Positions 1-9,023 of a stretch of 64,000 nucleotides of DNA are shown here, piece after piece. The notes under the pieces are model-generated. The model was not told the DNA's origin and searched no databases. It was given only the letters and a program-made list of their open reading frames with translations. The first letter of the stretch is position 1; every line of letters starts with the position of its first letter. The stretch spans positions 524,175 through 588,174 of the forward strand of contig CAWBDH010000001.1 of NCBI GenBank assembly GCA_963787625.1, read 5' to 3'. This DNA comes from Vulcanimicrobiota bacterium (GTDB lineage Bacteria; Vulcanimicrobiota; Vulcanimicrobiia; Vulcanimicrobiales; Vulcanimicrobiaceae). Position numbers and translations under genes: made by a program.

Positions 1-7
1 CGCGCGC

Positions 8-1567
8 GTGGCGTTGCTCTGTTACGGTTTACTGGTCGCCGCGTGGATCGTCGATCTGCTGACGCCGCAGCTGTTCATCGCCGCGATCCTCTTCAACGGC
101 CCCATCGCGCTGAGCAGCCTGGCATTGCGGAGCCGGATGACGACGAACCTCGTCGTCGCAGCCGTGATCGCGAACTTCGTCGCCGCGTTCGTCAACGGCG
201 TTCAGTCGGGTCATCGTTGGGATGCGGTCGCGCTCGGCGACCGGCTGTTGTTGGCGGCCTCGTTCGTGCTCGTGGGCTATTTGAGCGTACGCACGCAGGA
301 CTACGCACGCGAGGCCGGCGTCTCCGCGGGCCGCATGCGGCAGGTTGCCATCGAGAAGGCGCTGCGCGAAGGGACCGGCCGGGTGCGCGAGACGCTCAAC
401 GTGGAGTTGGTCCAGCGCGCCATCACGCGAGAGTCGGTGCGTCTGCTCGGCGCCTCGAAGGCGACGCTGATTGCCCGTGACGCGCCGTTCGTACCGCCGC
501 TGGTGTTTTCGTATGGTTCTCGGGATACCGACGTCGCGGTCGAGCGGCGAACGCTCTCAGCGGAGATCGGCTCCGTCGTTGCCCGCGCCGCCGATACCGG
601 CGAGGCCTTCGCGATTGCCGAGAGCGACGCATTCGGGCGTCTGGCGCTGGCCGCGCTCGGCGCTGTGGAAGCGGTCGTGACGCCGATCGTGACGAGCGCC
701 GGCCCAACCCACGTGCTCCTCGTGTCCGTTGCCGGCGGCGATGCGTTCCTGCCCGACGCGCTCGGGACGCTGCGCAGTTTCGCAGAACAAGGGTCGATGG
801 CGCTGGAACAAGCCGGACTCTTCCGGCAGCTCGGGGAGCGGAACGACGAAATAGCGCGGCAAAAGGACGAGCTTGCAAACCGAAGCGACATCATTCGCAA
901 CATCGTCTATGCGCTTGCTCACGATCTTCGGACGCCGCTCGCGGCGGCGCACGTCACCATGAATCAGGCGCTTTCCGGCGCGTACGGCGAACTCCCCGAG
1001 CGCTATCGGGCGATCCTTGGCCCCACGTTGGCCGCCAACGACGACGAGCGGCGCATCGTAGAGACGCTGCTGCTCGTGGCCCGTTACGAAGCGGGAGAGT
1101 CGTCAACCATCCGCGAGCAGGTGTGGTGCGGCGAGGTCGTGAGCGGCGTCGTCGCTGAACTGCGGCCGGTCGCCGAGATCAAAGGCGTTGACCTAACGGC
1201 GAGCGTCGCAGAAGCGTTGCCGCCGGTGCTCGGCGATCCGCACGAGATCCGCCGGGCGGTCGTGAACCTCGTCGGCAACGCGCTGGATGCGACGCCGGAG
1301 GGCGGCCACGTGGCCGCGTCGTGTGCCACGGTGGAACGATCGATCGCCATCGTCGTGGAAGACGACGGATACGGCGTGCCCGAGGATCGACGAGGCAACC
1401 TCTTCCAGCGTTTCGGCGGCGGCGGGTTACGGGGAGGAACCGGACTTGGTTTGTACGTCGTTCGGTGCATCGTGGAGAAGCACGGCGGAGCGGTGGAGTA
1501 TTCCCCACGCGAACCACGTGGGAGCCGGTTCACGATATCGCTGCCGACGGGTAGCGTCGATGGCTGA
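8..1567 (+). CDS. sensor histidine kinase (membrane N-terminus, GAF-like middle, HisKA + HATPase_c)
   Basis: Track ORF 8..1567. The N-terminus has hydrophobic segments. The H-box is AHDLRTPLAAAH. ATPase motifs are VGNALDAT, DDGYGVP and GTGLGLYVV. The GTG at 8 is the first start in the window, so the true start could lie upstream. Confidence 0.85.
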   Translation: MALLCYGLLVAAWIVDLLTPQLFIAAILFNGPIALSSLALRSRMTTNLVVAAVIANFVAAFVNGVQSGHRWDAVALGDRLLLAASFVLVGYLSVRTQDYAREAGVSAGRMRQVAIEKALREGTGRVRETLNVELVQRAITRESVRLLGASKATLIARDAPFVPPLVFSYGSRDTDVAVERRTLSAEIGSVVARAADTGEAFAIAESDAFGRLALAALGAVEAVVTPIVTSAGPTHVLLVSVAGGDAFLPDALGTLRSFAEQGSMALEQAGLFRQLGERNDEIARQKDELANRSDIIRNIVYALAHDLRTPLAAAHVTMNQALSGAYGELPERYRAILGPTLAANDDERRIVETLLLVARYEAGESSTIREQVWCGEVVSGVVAELRPVAEIKGVDLTASVAEALPPVLGDPHEIRRAVVNLVGNALDATPEGGHVAASCATVERSIAIVVEDDGYGVPEDRRGNLFQRFGGGGLRGGTGLGLYVVRCIVEKHGGAVEYSPREPRGSRFTISLPTGSVDG

Positions 1568-2198
1568 CGATCGACTCCGCATCGTCATCGTCGAAGATCA
1601 CGCGTTGACGCGCGCCGGCCTTCGGACCACTCTGCAAGGTACCTTCGACGTCGTCGCCGAGGCGGCGGACGGACCGTTCGGCTTGGAAGCGATTACGCGC
1701 GAGAAGCCCGACGTGGCGGTAATTGATATCGGACTTCCCGGGATGGACGGCGTCGCGTTAACGAAGAAGGTCCGCGCCGAACTGCCCGGGACGCGAGTGG
1801 TGATCGTTACGATGATCGATCTCGAGAACGAGGTGGTCGCGGCGCTGGCGGCGGGGGCGGACGCGTACTGCTTGAAAACCGCGGATCCGGAACGCATCGT
1901 CGAAGCGGTTCGCATCGCCGGGGAGGGCGGCGCGTACTTCGACCCGCTCATCGCGCACGTGGTTTTGGGCCGCTTCTCCGAGACGAAGGCGAACGACCTC
2001 ACCGGTTCGCCGCTCACACCGCGCGAAACGGAGATCTTGCGCTTAATCTCCGGCGGCCGAGGTAACTCCACGATCGCCGAGACCCTGCACATCGGGCTCG
2101 GCACGGTGAAGGGGCACATTCGCGACATTCTGGACAAGCTCTCGGCATCTGACCGCACGCAGGCGGCCGTCGTAGCGCTGAGAAAGGGCTATATTTAA
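1560..2198 (+). CDS. NarL/LuxR-family response regulator
   Basis: ATG at 1560 (MADDRLRIVIVEDHALTRAGL) overlaps the kinase stop by 8 nt. Receiver motifs include DIGLPGMDG. The C-terminus carries a LuxR HTH (LTPRETEILRLISGGRGNSTIAETLHIGLGTVKGHI). Confidence 0.9.
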   Translation: MADDRLRIVIVEDHALTRAGLRTTLQGTFDVVAEAADGPFGLEAITREKPDVAVIDIGLPGMDGVALTKKVRAELPGTRVVIVTMIDLENEVVAALAAGADAYCLKTADPERIVEAVRIAGEGGAYFDPLIAHVVLGRFSETKANDLTGSPLTPRETEILRLISGGRGNSTIAETLHIGLGTVKGHIRDILDKLSASDRTQAAVVALRKGYI

Positions 2199-2896
2199 GG
2201 AACCGGCGTCGAATCGGTCGCGCCGAACATAGCTCGGATACGCTCTCCGGCGCCGTCCTTCACGATGACGATCATCGCATCGCCGGCGCGCAGCGTCGTG
2301 TCGCCGGTAGGAATCTCGAGGTCGCGGTCCGGGCGGTCGACTGCCACGATTACGGAGTTGTGCGGAAAGTCGATCTCCGAGAGCCGCTTGCCGTCCACGG
2401 GCGAGCGCTGCGGTATCGCTACCTTCACCAGCTGCATGTTGCCTTTACCGAACAAATGCATCGTTTCCAGCATGGAACGGTACTTCGTCGCGTTGACGTG
2501 CTCGTTGAGGACGTCGAGGATGAGCTCGGTAGAGGAGATGACGATCACAGGATCGTCGGTATCCAAAGAACTGAAAATCAGTTTGTTGGCGGGGTTATTG
2601 ACGCGCGCGATGCAGCGCGCCCTCGACTTTCGCTTGGCGAGCAGCACGACGACGAGGTTGTCCTCATCGTCTCCCGTGTCGGCCACGACGACGTCGGCGC
2701 GCGCAACCCCTGCCGCGTCGAGAACGAGCGGGTCGCACCCGTCGCCAACGACGGAAACGTGGCGGTCGATCAGGCGTTCGAGCATCTTGGCCTTGCGCTC
2801 GTACTTCTCGATGACGACGACCTCGTGACCCTGGTTCAGCAGCGCACGGCTCAGGTACGAGCCGACCTTTCCTCCGCCGACGATCAGGACGAACAT
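2195..2896 (-). CDS. TrkA-family K+ transport regulatory protein (TrkA_N + TrkA_C)
   Basis: MFVLIVGGGKVGSYLSRALLNQGHEVVVIEK Rossmann motif at the N-terminus, with a C-terminal TrkA_C-like region. It sits 2 nt downstream of a paralogue. Confidence 0.85.
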   Translation of the reverse strand: MFVLIVGGGKVGSYLSRALLNQGHEVVVIEKYERKAKMLERLIDRHVSVVGDGCDPLVLDAAGVARADVVVADTGDDEDNLVVVLLAKRKSRARCIARVNNPANKLIFSSLDTDDPVIVISSTELILDVLNEHVNATKYRSMLETMHLFGKGNMQLVKVAIPQRSPVDGKRLSEIDFPHNSVIVAVDRPDRDLEIPTGDTTLRAGDAMIVIVKDGAGERIRAMFGATDSTPVP

Positions 2897-2898
2897 CG

Positions 2899-3573
2899 CT
2901 AGGCCGGCGTCACGGCGCGGTTGGCGCCGTCGGCGAAGCGGCGTGCGAAGTCACCGATTGCGTCGGGGCTCAGGACGGCGCTCAGCTCGTCCCCGGTGCG
3001 CAACACGAAGTCGCTCGACGCCACGATGACTTCGCGCTCTCCGCGCCGGACGGCGGCGATGCGGATGCGGCCGGCAATTTCGATGTCGGAAACGCGCTTG
3101 CCGTCGTCGTCCGGCGCAACGACTGCCGAGACCGACGTCAACTTGCCGTAATCGAAGGTTTGCGTTTCCCACGGGGCCTTGATGAGGACGTCGCGGATCA
3201 GCTTCGCGCCGACGGTCGTGGGACAGACGGTTTCCACGCCGAGCTCCCGGTACATTTGGCCGCGGGGCGGGTCGTAGATGCGCGCCACGATGCGCTTGAT
3301 CTTAAACATACGCTTGGCGATGAGCGCTGCCATGATGTTGCGGTTGTCGCCATTGGTCACGGCGATGAAGCCGTCGGCCGTGGCGCCGCCGGCGCGTTTG
3401 AGCACGTCGTAATCGATGCCCGTCCCAACGATCTCGTGTCCGCGAAATTTCTGTCCCAGACGCTTGAACGCCGCTGGATTTTCATCCACGACGATGACTT
3501 CGTGACCGTCGGCATCGAGCAGTTTCGCGAGCGCGGAGCCGACGCGTCCGCACCCTACGATTAAATATCTCAT
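2899..3573 (-). CDS. TrkA-family K+ transport regulatory protein (TrkA_N + TrkA_C)
   Basis: MRYLIVGCGRVGSALAKLLDADGHEVIVVDEN from the ATG at 3573. The track ORF extends to 3603, but the Rossmann motif normally sits at the N-terminus. Confidence 0.85.
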   Translation of the reverse strand: MRYLIVGCGRVGSALAKLLDADGHEVIVVDENPAAFKRLGQKFRGHEIVGTGIDYDVLKRAGGATADGFIAVTNGDNRNIMAALIAKRMFKIKRIVARIYDPPRGQMYRELGVETVCPTTVGAKLIRDVLIKAPWETQTFDYGKLTSVSAVVAPDDDGKRVSDIEIAGRIRIAAVRRGEREVIVASSDFVLRTGDELSAVLSPDAIGDFARRFADGANRAVTPA

Positions 3574-3674
3574 GAATTCGGATTGTCGGTTTCCCAGTTT
3601 CACGCCGCTTTCAGCAAGCCCTTGCAGGGCGGTAAAGGAGGGCGCCGCGCACCTGCGAAAACGTCGTGACTCCT

Positions 3675-3748
<74 letters not shown>

Positions 3749-3780
3749 AATCTTTCTCCGCCGGGGAGCCGGGAGACCGT

Positions 3781-4185
3781 TTGTTCTCGAAATTCAACGT
3801 CGCGGCGCGTCGCGTGCTGAGAGTGGCCGAGCAAGAGTGCCGTAATCACAGCCACTACTACGTCGGCGCGGAGCACCTCCTGGCGGCCCTGCTGGAAGAG
3901 CGGGATCCCGCGACCCTCGAGGCTCTCGACGCCGCAGGCATCGACGTTCCGGAAGCCCACGCCGAGGTCCGCCGCACCCTCGGTACCGGCGAAGAACGCC
4001 TGTGGGAGGGGATTCTGATTACGCCGCGCGTGCGCCGCATCATCGAGCTCGCCGAGGAACGAGCGCCCGGACGCGAAGTCGCTCCGATCGATCTCTTTGA
4101 GGCATTGCGATCCGAAGGCGGCAGCTCTGCCGCGGAGATCCTGCGCCGAGCGTCGTCCCGAAACACCGCTTCGACCGTCGAGTAA
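3781..4185 (+). CDS. Clp N-terminal (Clp_N repeat) domain protein
   Basis: Two Clp_N-type repeats (ARRVLRVAEQECRNHSHYYVGAEHLLAALLEE and TPRVRRIIELAEERAPGREVAPIDLFEAL). The track ORF starts inside the tRNA. The TTG at 3781, preceded by GGGAGA, is the first plausible start after the tRNA. Confidence 0.7.
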   Translation: MFSKFNVAARRVLRVAEQECRNHSHYYVGAEHLLAALLEERDPATLEALDAAGIDVPEAHAEVRRTLGTGEERLWEGILITPRVRRIIELAEERAPGREVAPIDLFEALRSEGGSSAAEILRRASSRNTASTVE

Positions 4186-4191
4186 GGGCTC

Positions 4192-4803
4192 TTGGTGGAG
4201 CATCTGCAGCAAGCCGTCGTGGCCCTGATCGATCATTACGGTTACTTCGGCCTCTTCATCGGCCTTGCGCTCGGTAATCTGGGCGCGCCGATCGGCACGG
4301 AGGTGATCTTGCCCATCGCGGGAGCGTTGTCGGCAACGGGGCACCTCAGCAGCGTGTGGCTGACGATCGGCGTTGCATTGAGCGGAGAGCTGGCCGGAGG
4401 GACGGCGGGATACGCGGTAGGGCGCTTTGGCGGCGTCCCGCTCATCGAACGTTATGGCCGGTACGTGCACATCACGCACGATCGCTTAACGCTCGTCCAT
4501 CGCTTCTTCGAACGTTGGGGCACGTTCGCCATCTTCGTGTGCCGTTTTTTGCCGGTCCTGCGAGGCATCGCTGCAATTCCCGCCGGCATTGCAGAGATGA
4601 ATCTTGCGCTGTTTTATCTGTGGACGTTCCTGGGTTCGCTGATCTTCTGCAGCCTCTTGATTTTGCTCGGAAACGCCTTCGGCGGACATCTCGACACGAT
4701 ACTGCCATTGCTTCGCCGCGGCGCGTACCTGCTGCTCGGCCTCGTCGTCGCGGCGGTCGTTGCCGCGGTCGTCGTGATCCGCACCCGACCCAAAGCGGTG
4801 TGA
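4192..4803 (+). CDS. DedA/SNARE-associated family membrane protein
   Basis: GYFGLFIGLALGNLGAPIGTEVILPIAG motif and a multi-TM profile. The stop overlaps the uvrC GTG (GTGA). Confidence 0.8.
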   Translation: MVEHLQQAVVALIDHYGYFGLFIGLALGNLGAPIGTEVILPIAGALSATGHLSSVWLTIGVALSGELAGGTAGYAVGRFGGVPLIERYGRYVHITHDRLTLVHRFFERWGTFAIFVCRFLPVLRGIAAIPAGIAEMNLALFYLWTFLGSLIFCSLLILLGNAFGGHLDTILPLLRRGAYLLLGLVVAAVVAAVVVIRTRPKAV

Positions 4804-6768
4804 CGACGCCTCCCAATCTCGCGCAGATCCCCGACGCGCCGGGCGTCTACCTCATGATCGGGCACGACGGCGACATATTGTACATCGGCAAGGCGATCTC
4901 GCTGCGCAACCGAGTCCGCTCGTACTTCCAGGAGGGGGCGGTCCATCACGTGCGGACGGCGGCGATGGTCGATAAGGTAGCGGACGTCCGGACCATCGTC
5001 GTGACGAACGAAGTCGAAGCGCTGATTCTGGAGGCGAACCTGATCAAGCGGCATCAGCCGCCTTTCAACGTTCGGCTGCGCGACGACAAGCGCTATCCGT
5101 ACCTGAAGGTGACCAACGACCCTTTCCCGCGCGTCGTTTTTACCCGCATGGTTCGCAACGACGGCGCACGGTACTTCGGGCCGTATACGAACGCGCACGG
5201 GCTTGCGCGAGCTGATCGACCTCGTGCGCCTCGTGTTTCCTCTGCGCACCTGCCGCGAGCCGATCGACGGCAAGCGCAAGCGGCCGTGCCTCCAGTACCA
5301 CATCAAGCGCTGTCTCGCGCCGTGCGTCGGCTATCAGACCGAAGAAGAGTACGACCAAACGATCGACGAGGTCGTACTTTTCCTGGAGGGAAAACAGGAA
5401 TCGTTGCTGCGGCGCCTCCAGCGCGAGATGACGGATTCGGCCGAGCAATTCAATTTCGAAGCCGCCGCGCGCCTGCGCGACCGCATCGTCCAAGTTCGGC
5501 GGGTGACCGAAGGCCAAAAAGTCGTCTGGAAGTCCCGCCTCGACATGGACTTGATGGCCGTTGCACGAGCGCAGGGACAGGCATGCGTCCAAGTGTTCTT
5601 GGTGCGCGGCGGCAAGCTGATCGCGCAGGAAAACTTCATTCTCGACGGCGTCTACGAGCAGTCGTCCGAGCTGCTGACCGGCGAGTTCCTGAAGCAGTTC
5701 TACACCGCGCGTACGGCGGGTGCGCCGGAGGACAAGGCGCTGTCGCTCGCGCGCGTCGCCCGCGACAATCAGGCGCCCGTGCCCGAGAAGCGGCGTGCAA
5801 GCCAAACGCAGGCATCGGCGGTGCCGAAGGAGGTTTTGGTTTCGGCGCTTCCCGAGGAGCGCACAACCATCGAGGCGTGGCTGTCTGTGATCAAGGGCCA
5901 GCGCGTGCGCATCCTGCAGCCGCGGCGCGGCCCGCGCGCGGAATATCTGCGCCTGGTGCAACAGAATGCGGAACAAAATTTGAAGGCGTTCCTCGCGCAT
6001 CAGGAAGTGCAGGAAACGGCACAGGCGCGTTCGCTGACCGATCTGGCCGACGCACTCGAGCTTCCGGAGCCGCCGCACCGCATTGAGTGTTACGACATCT
6101 CGAACATTCAGGGGACGAATCCCGTCGCATCGATGGTCGTATTCGTCGAAGGACGCGCGAAGAAGAGCGAGTATCGCAAGTTCAAGATTCAGTACGATCG
6201 CGGACCGAACGACTTCGCAATGATGCAGGAAACGCTTCGCCGGCGGCTCCGCTATCTGCGGCGTGAAACGGATCGCACCGATACGCCGATGGAGCGGGAG
6301 CTGGCAAAGAAAGAAAAGTTCCACAAGAAGCCCGACCTCCTCCTGATCGATGGCGGAAAGGGCCAGCTCAGCGCCGTGATGGAGGTGTTGGAAGAGCTCG
6401 ACATGACGGGGCTGCCCGTCGCGGGCCTGGCCAAGGAGCACGAGTGGCTTTATTTGCCGCAGCAGTCGGAGCCGATCGTCCTGCCGGCAAACTCGCCCGC
6501 GCTCCACCTCGTCGCGCGCGTACGCGACGAAGCGCATCGGTTTGCCGTGACGTACCACCGTCAACGACGCGCGAAGTCCATGACGCGTTCATCGCTGGAC
6601 GCGCTCGCCGGCGTCGGACCGGTGCGTCGAAAGCGGCTACTGACGGCCTTCGGCTCGCCGGCCGGAATTCGGCGCGCACAACTCGACGAGATTGCCGCCG
6701 TCAAAGGGATGACGCCGGCGTTGGCCGCAAAGGTGAAGCAAGGGCTCGAAGGAGGGTACAAATCGTGA
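4800..6768 (+). CDS. uvrC: excinuclease ABC subunit C, reading frame broken by an apparent 1-nt insertion near 5200
   Basis: The GIY-YIG N-terminus (GVYLMIGHDGDILYIGKAISLRNRVRSYF ... YFGPYTNAHG) runs in the frame of GTG 4800. The rest (LRELIDLVRLVFPLRTC ... UvrBC-like and HhH C-terminus) continues in the +1 frame from about 5203 to 6768. Confidence 0.9.
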
Positions 6769-7136
6769 GCTTGTTACTCCGGTTCCTGGTCAATGCGATC
6801 GTGCTGTATCTCATCGCGAAATACGTCCCGGGATTCAACCACGACGTGACGGTCTGGACGGCGGTCGTGGCCGCGATTGTCTTCGGGCTCGTCAACGCAC
6901 TCATAGGCCCCTTGCTGCGACTGATCGCGTTTCCGATCACGTGGCTCACGCACGGCCTGTTCTCCATCGTTATCAATTACGTGCTGTTCGTCATAACGGT
7001 GTGGCTCGCGCCGCACTTTCACAACACCGGCGAAATCAGCCCCTGGCTCGCGAACTTGTACGGTGCGATCATCATGATGATCGTCTCGACGATCATGCAG
7101 CAAGGGAGTAAAACCGAAGGCCGCTCCCGTTTCTAG
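6765..7136 (+). CDS. 4-TMS phage-holin superfamily IV-like membrane protein (YvlD/PF04020-like)
   Basis: GTG at 6765 overlaps the uvrC stop. LLLRFLVNAIVLYLIAKYVPGF ... GLVNALIGPLLRLIAFPITWLTHGLFSIVINYVLFVITVWLAP matches my recollection of the family consensus. Confidence 0.7.
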   Translation: MSLLLRFLVNAIVLYLIAKYVPGFNHDVTVWTAVVAAIVFGLVNALIGPLLRLIAFPITWLTHGLFSIVINYVLFVITVWLAPHFHNTGEISPWLANLYGAIIMMIVSTIMQQGSKTEGRSRF

Positions 7137-7199
7137 GCGACCTCGGGAGGCCTGAAACCCCGGCTTGCGTCGGGATGTTATACTGATGTAAGCGATCGC

Positions 7200-7553
7200 G
7201 GGGCTGAAATAGGTTCGACAAGACGGTCCGTGATCGGTGTCAGCAGGCGGAGTTGCGAGCTCTCCTAAAACGATCGCAACGGCAATATCTGCCAACAACG
7301 AATACGCACTGGCTGCCTAATCTAGGCTAGTCACCGGGCGCGGAGAGTCGGCCCGAACCACTCCGCCTTCCGGTCATAAACTCGGGCTGGCACGAGCGCG
7401 TGATCCGACGCGCGTGCGAGAAAAGGATCTGCAGCGAACGGTAAGCTACGCTTCGAGGCGTCCGTTCGATCAAGACAAACTCGAAGCTGAGCCTGGAGAA
7501 CGCGCCGGTTAGGCCGCTTGGACTCGGGGGGCAGCACCCCGACAGCTCCACCA
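7200..7553 (+). ncRNA. ssrA: tmRNA (ssrA), tag ANNEYALAA
   Basis: The 5' end GGGGCTGAAATAGGTTCGAC pairs with the 3' end CAGCTCC-ACCA (G3:U wobble present). The tag frame is GCC AAC AAC GAA TAC GCA CTG GCT GCC TAA. The 3' end resembles the E. coli GGAC...CAGCUCCACCA but has an unusual T-loop. Confidence 0.9.
7290..7319 (+). other. tmRNA tag-peptide reading frame (ANNEYALAA, stop TAA)
   Basis: Read directly. It is preceded by an AT-rich resume region (GCAATATCT), and the terminal ALAA is typical of ssrA degradation tags. Confidence 0.85.
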
Positions 7554-7566
7554 TTCCTCTGCTCTG

Positions 7567-7631
7567 TTAAAGAAATCCAATTCGCATGTCCATTTCTCAA
7601 ATTAGTGGAGGACCGAAGTGGATTTCTTTAA
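7567..7631. repeat. perfect 13-bp inverted repeat (TTAAAGAAATCCA / TGGATTTCTTTAA) with a 39-nt spacer
   Basis: Read directly at 7567-7579 and 7619-7631, 14 nt downstream of the ssrA CCA end. Confidence 0.8.
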
Positions 7632-7854
7632 TTAGCGATTCAGCCGTCGGGGCGCGTCCGACGCTCGCATCGGAAAGTGATCGAGTACCCGGCAGGCATT
7701 GAACCGGGTGTTGGGGCGCCGGAGTCCAGCCCGCTCGTCTCTATACAGCTATGGTTTTGAGGTTTTTCTGGGGAAAGAAATACAAGAGATACCACCGGGT
7801 CGCAGCATGGCGGGATAGGAGTTAAGCAATCCAAGACGAGACACCCCGACCGCA

Positions 7855-8030
7855 GCGCCCCAAGCGAGCTCCAAGCGATCGAAGCCGCCGCGATCCAAGC
7901 TGCAACGCGTTACGCGCCGCGATCCAAGCTGCGAAACTGCGAGCTACTGCGAGGCGCCGCGAGCGTACCTGCGAGGCTGCAATGCGTCGTGCGATCGGCG
8001 CCTGGCTGCGCAGCTGCGAGGTTCTAGGCT
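7855..8030. repeat. cluster of short reiterated motifs (CCAAGC x4-5, CTGCGAG x4, CCGCGATCCAAGCTGC x2)
   Basis: Read directly. CCGCGATCCAAGCTGC occurs twice about 40 nt apart. CTGCGAG recurs at irregular 10-40 nt spacing. No listed ORF covers the interval. Confidence 0.7.
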
Positions 8031-8068
8031 GCTAATCCCCTAGCGCGATGCGGACTCGCCGGTGCAAG

Positions 8069-8657
8069 TCAATATTTACCGCAATAGCCCCAACCCTTAA
8101 GATGCTTGCCGTTTATGACGCATACAAGGTTCTCGCGAAAGGCCGCCGCTGATATGTCTTGCCTCACGAACTGGACGCGTCCCCGCGGCGATACGCTCAA
8201 AGCAAGTTCGGCTCTCTCGCCATCGGTTAAATCGAAACGTAAGAAGTACTTATCCGGGCCGAAACCTTCTCCGTAATAAGCACCATCTTGGAGGATAAGA
8301 GGAATAGCTTGTCCTTTCGCGCCGACAAGCCAGCCCGCACTAGGGCGGATCGCGAGAGAGCCCGCGACAGCGTTGAAACCAGCCATAACCCTGTCATCAA
8401 AACCGTTGAACTGGTTCCGAGTCGCTAATGAAACGACTCTTGCATGTCCGCCAAGGACGGTGGCATGAATATACTTGGCTTCGCAATGAGGTGAGCCTAG
8501 TCGAAAGAGATAGGTCCCTTGTTCGATTGCGTAGGTAACGCTAAAATAACCGTCCTCGACTCTTTGCCGGGACACGGCGCGAATGGGGCCGTAATAGTCC
8601 AAGTGGGCTGGTAATGTGAAAGCGTTAGGGTTTTGAAGGTCTGCCAGCGACCTTATG
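8069..8657 (-). pseudogene. C-terminal portion of a lipoprotein gene split by IS3 insertion
   Basis: Track ORF 8069..8719 runs into the IS left end, so its first about 20 codons are IS sequence. The remainder (IRSLADLQNPNAFTLPAHLDYYGPIRAV...) has no recognisable family and is on the same strand as the N-terminal piece at 9906-10074. Confidence 0.5.
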
Positions 8658-8711
8658 TGGAGCTGACCCGGTTTCGTGGAGTCTTTCCGCTTTGCGGAGA
8701 AGGACCCCACC

Positions 8712-9023
8712 ATGGCCAAGAAACGAGTCTATCCAGCGGAGTTCCGGGCTAAGATCGTTGAGCTGATTCGGTCCGGAAAAAATGCCAACGCGATCGCCCG
8801 GGAGTACGAGATATCTCGTCAATCGATCATCAACTGGCTCAAGCAAGATGATCTCGACGTCGGCCGTCGCACAGATGGCATGACGAGCGCCGAAAGCGCA
8901 GAGAACGCAAAGTTGCGCAAACGAGTCCGCGAACTCGAGATTGAACGCGACATTTTAAAAAAAGCAACGGCGTGGTTCGCTCGCGAGACCGATTCGGTAC
9001 CCGGAAAATCTTCGAATTCGTGA
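8712..9023 (+). CDS. IS3 transposase OrfA (HTH)
   Basis: MAKKRVYPAEFRAKIVELIRSGKNANAIAREYEISRQSIINWLKQ, followed by a leucine-zipper-like LRKRVRELEIERDILKKA. Confidence 0.9.
   Translation: MAKKRVYPAEFRAKIVELIRSGKNANAIAREYEISRQSIINWLKQDDLDVGRRTDGMTSAESAENAKLRKRVRELEIERDILKKATAWFARETDSVPGKSSNS
8957..8964 (+). promoter_or_regulatory. programmed -1 ribosomal frameshift slippery site A AAA AAA G
   Basis: A run of seven A at 8957-8963 lies in the orfA/orfB overlap (TTA AAA AAA GCA in the orfA frame). This is the classic IS3 A6G-type motif. Confidence 0.75.

Noticed and set aside
5140-6564. Long antisense or alternative-frame ORFs. Examples: 5140..6564 (-), 26278..27603 (+), 31355..32125 part of 31049..32125 (-), 33995..35302 (+), 36358..37509 (+), 40824..42617 (+), 44500..45549 (-), 47923..49233 (+), 56835..58907 (-).
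   Set aside because: Each lies opposite or out of frame to a gene with clear family motifs (uvrC, permease, DUF4239-like, oxidoreductase, OMP, BNR protein, MSOX, APC permease, topA). Their translations are Arg/Ala/Pro/Gly-rich with no motifs. This is the expected artefact of stop-poor frames in high-G+C DNA.
7137-7199. Possible ssrA promoter (TATACT at about 7178-7183).
   Set aside because: No acceptable -35 hexamer lies at 16-18 nt spacing (TTGCGT is only 8 nt upstream). The call would be guesswork without 5'-end data.
7687-7709. T-arm-like hairpin on the minus strand (ACCCGG-TTCAATGCCTG-CCGGGT) that could be a tRNA or tmRNA fragment marking an att site.
   Set aside because: The loop is 11 nt rather than 7. 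I could not fold the flanks into acceptor, D or anticodon arms, and the adjacent sequence does not match the ssrA acceptor. It is kept only as a weak hint for a covariance-model scan.
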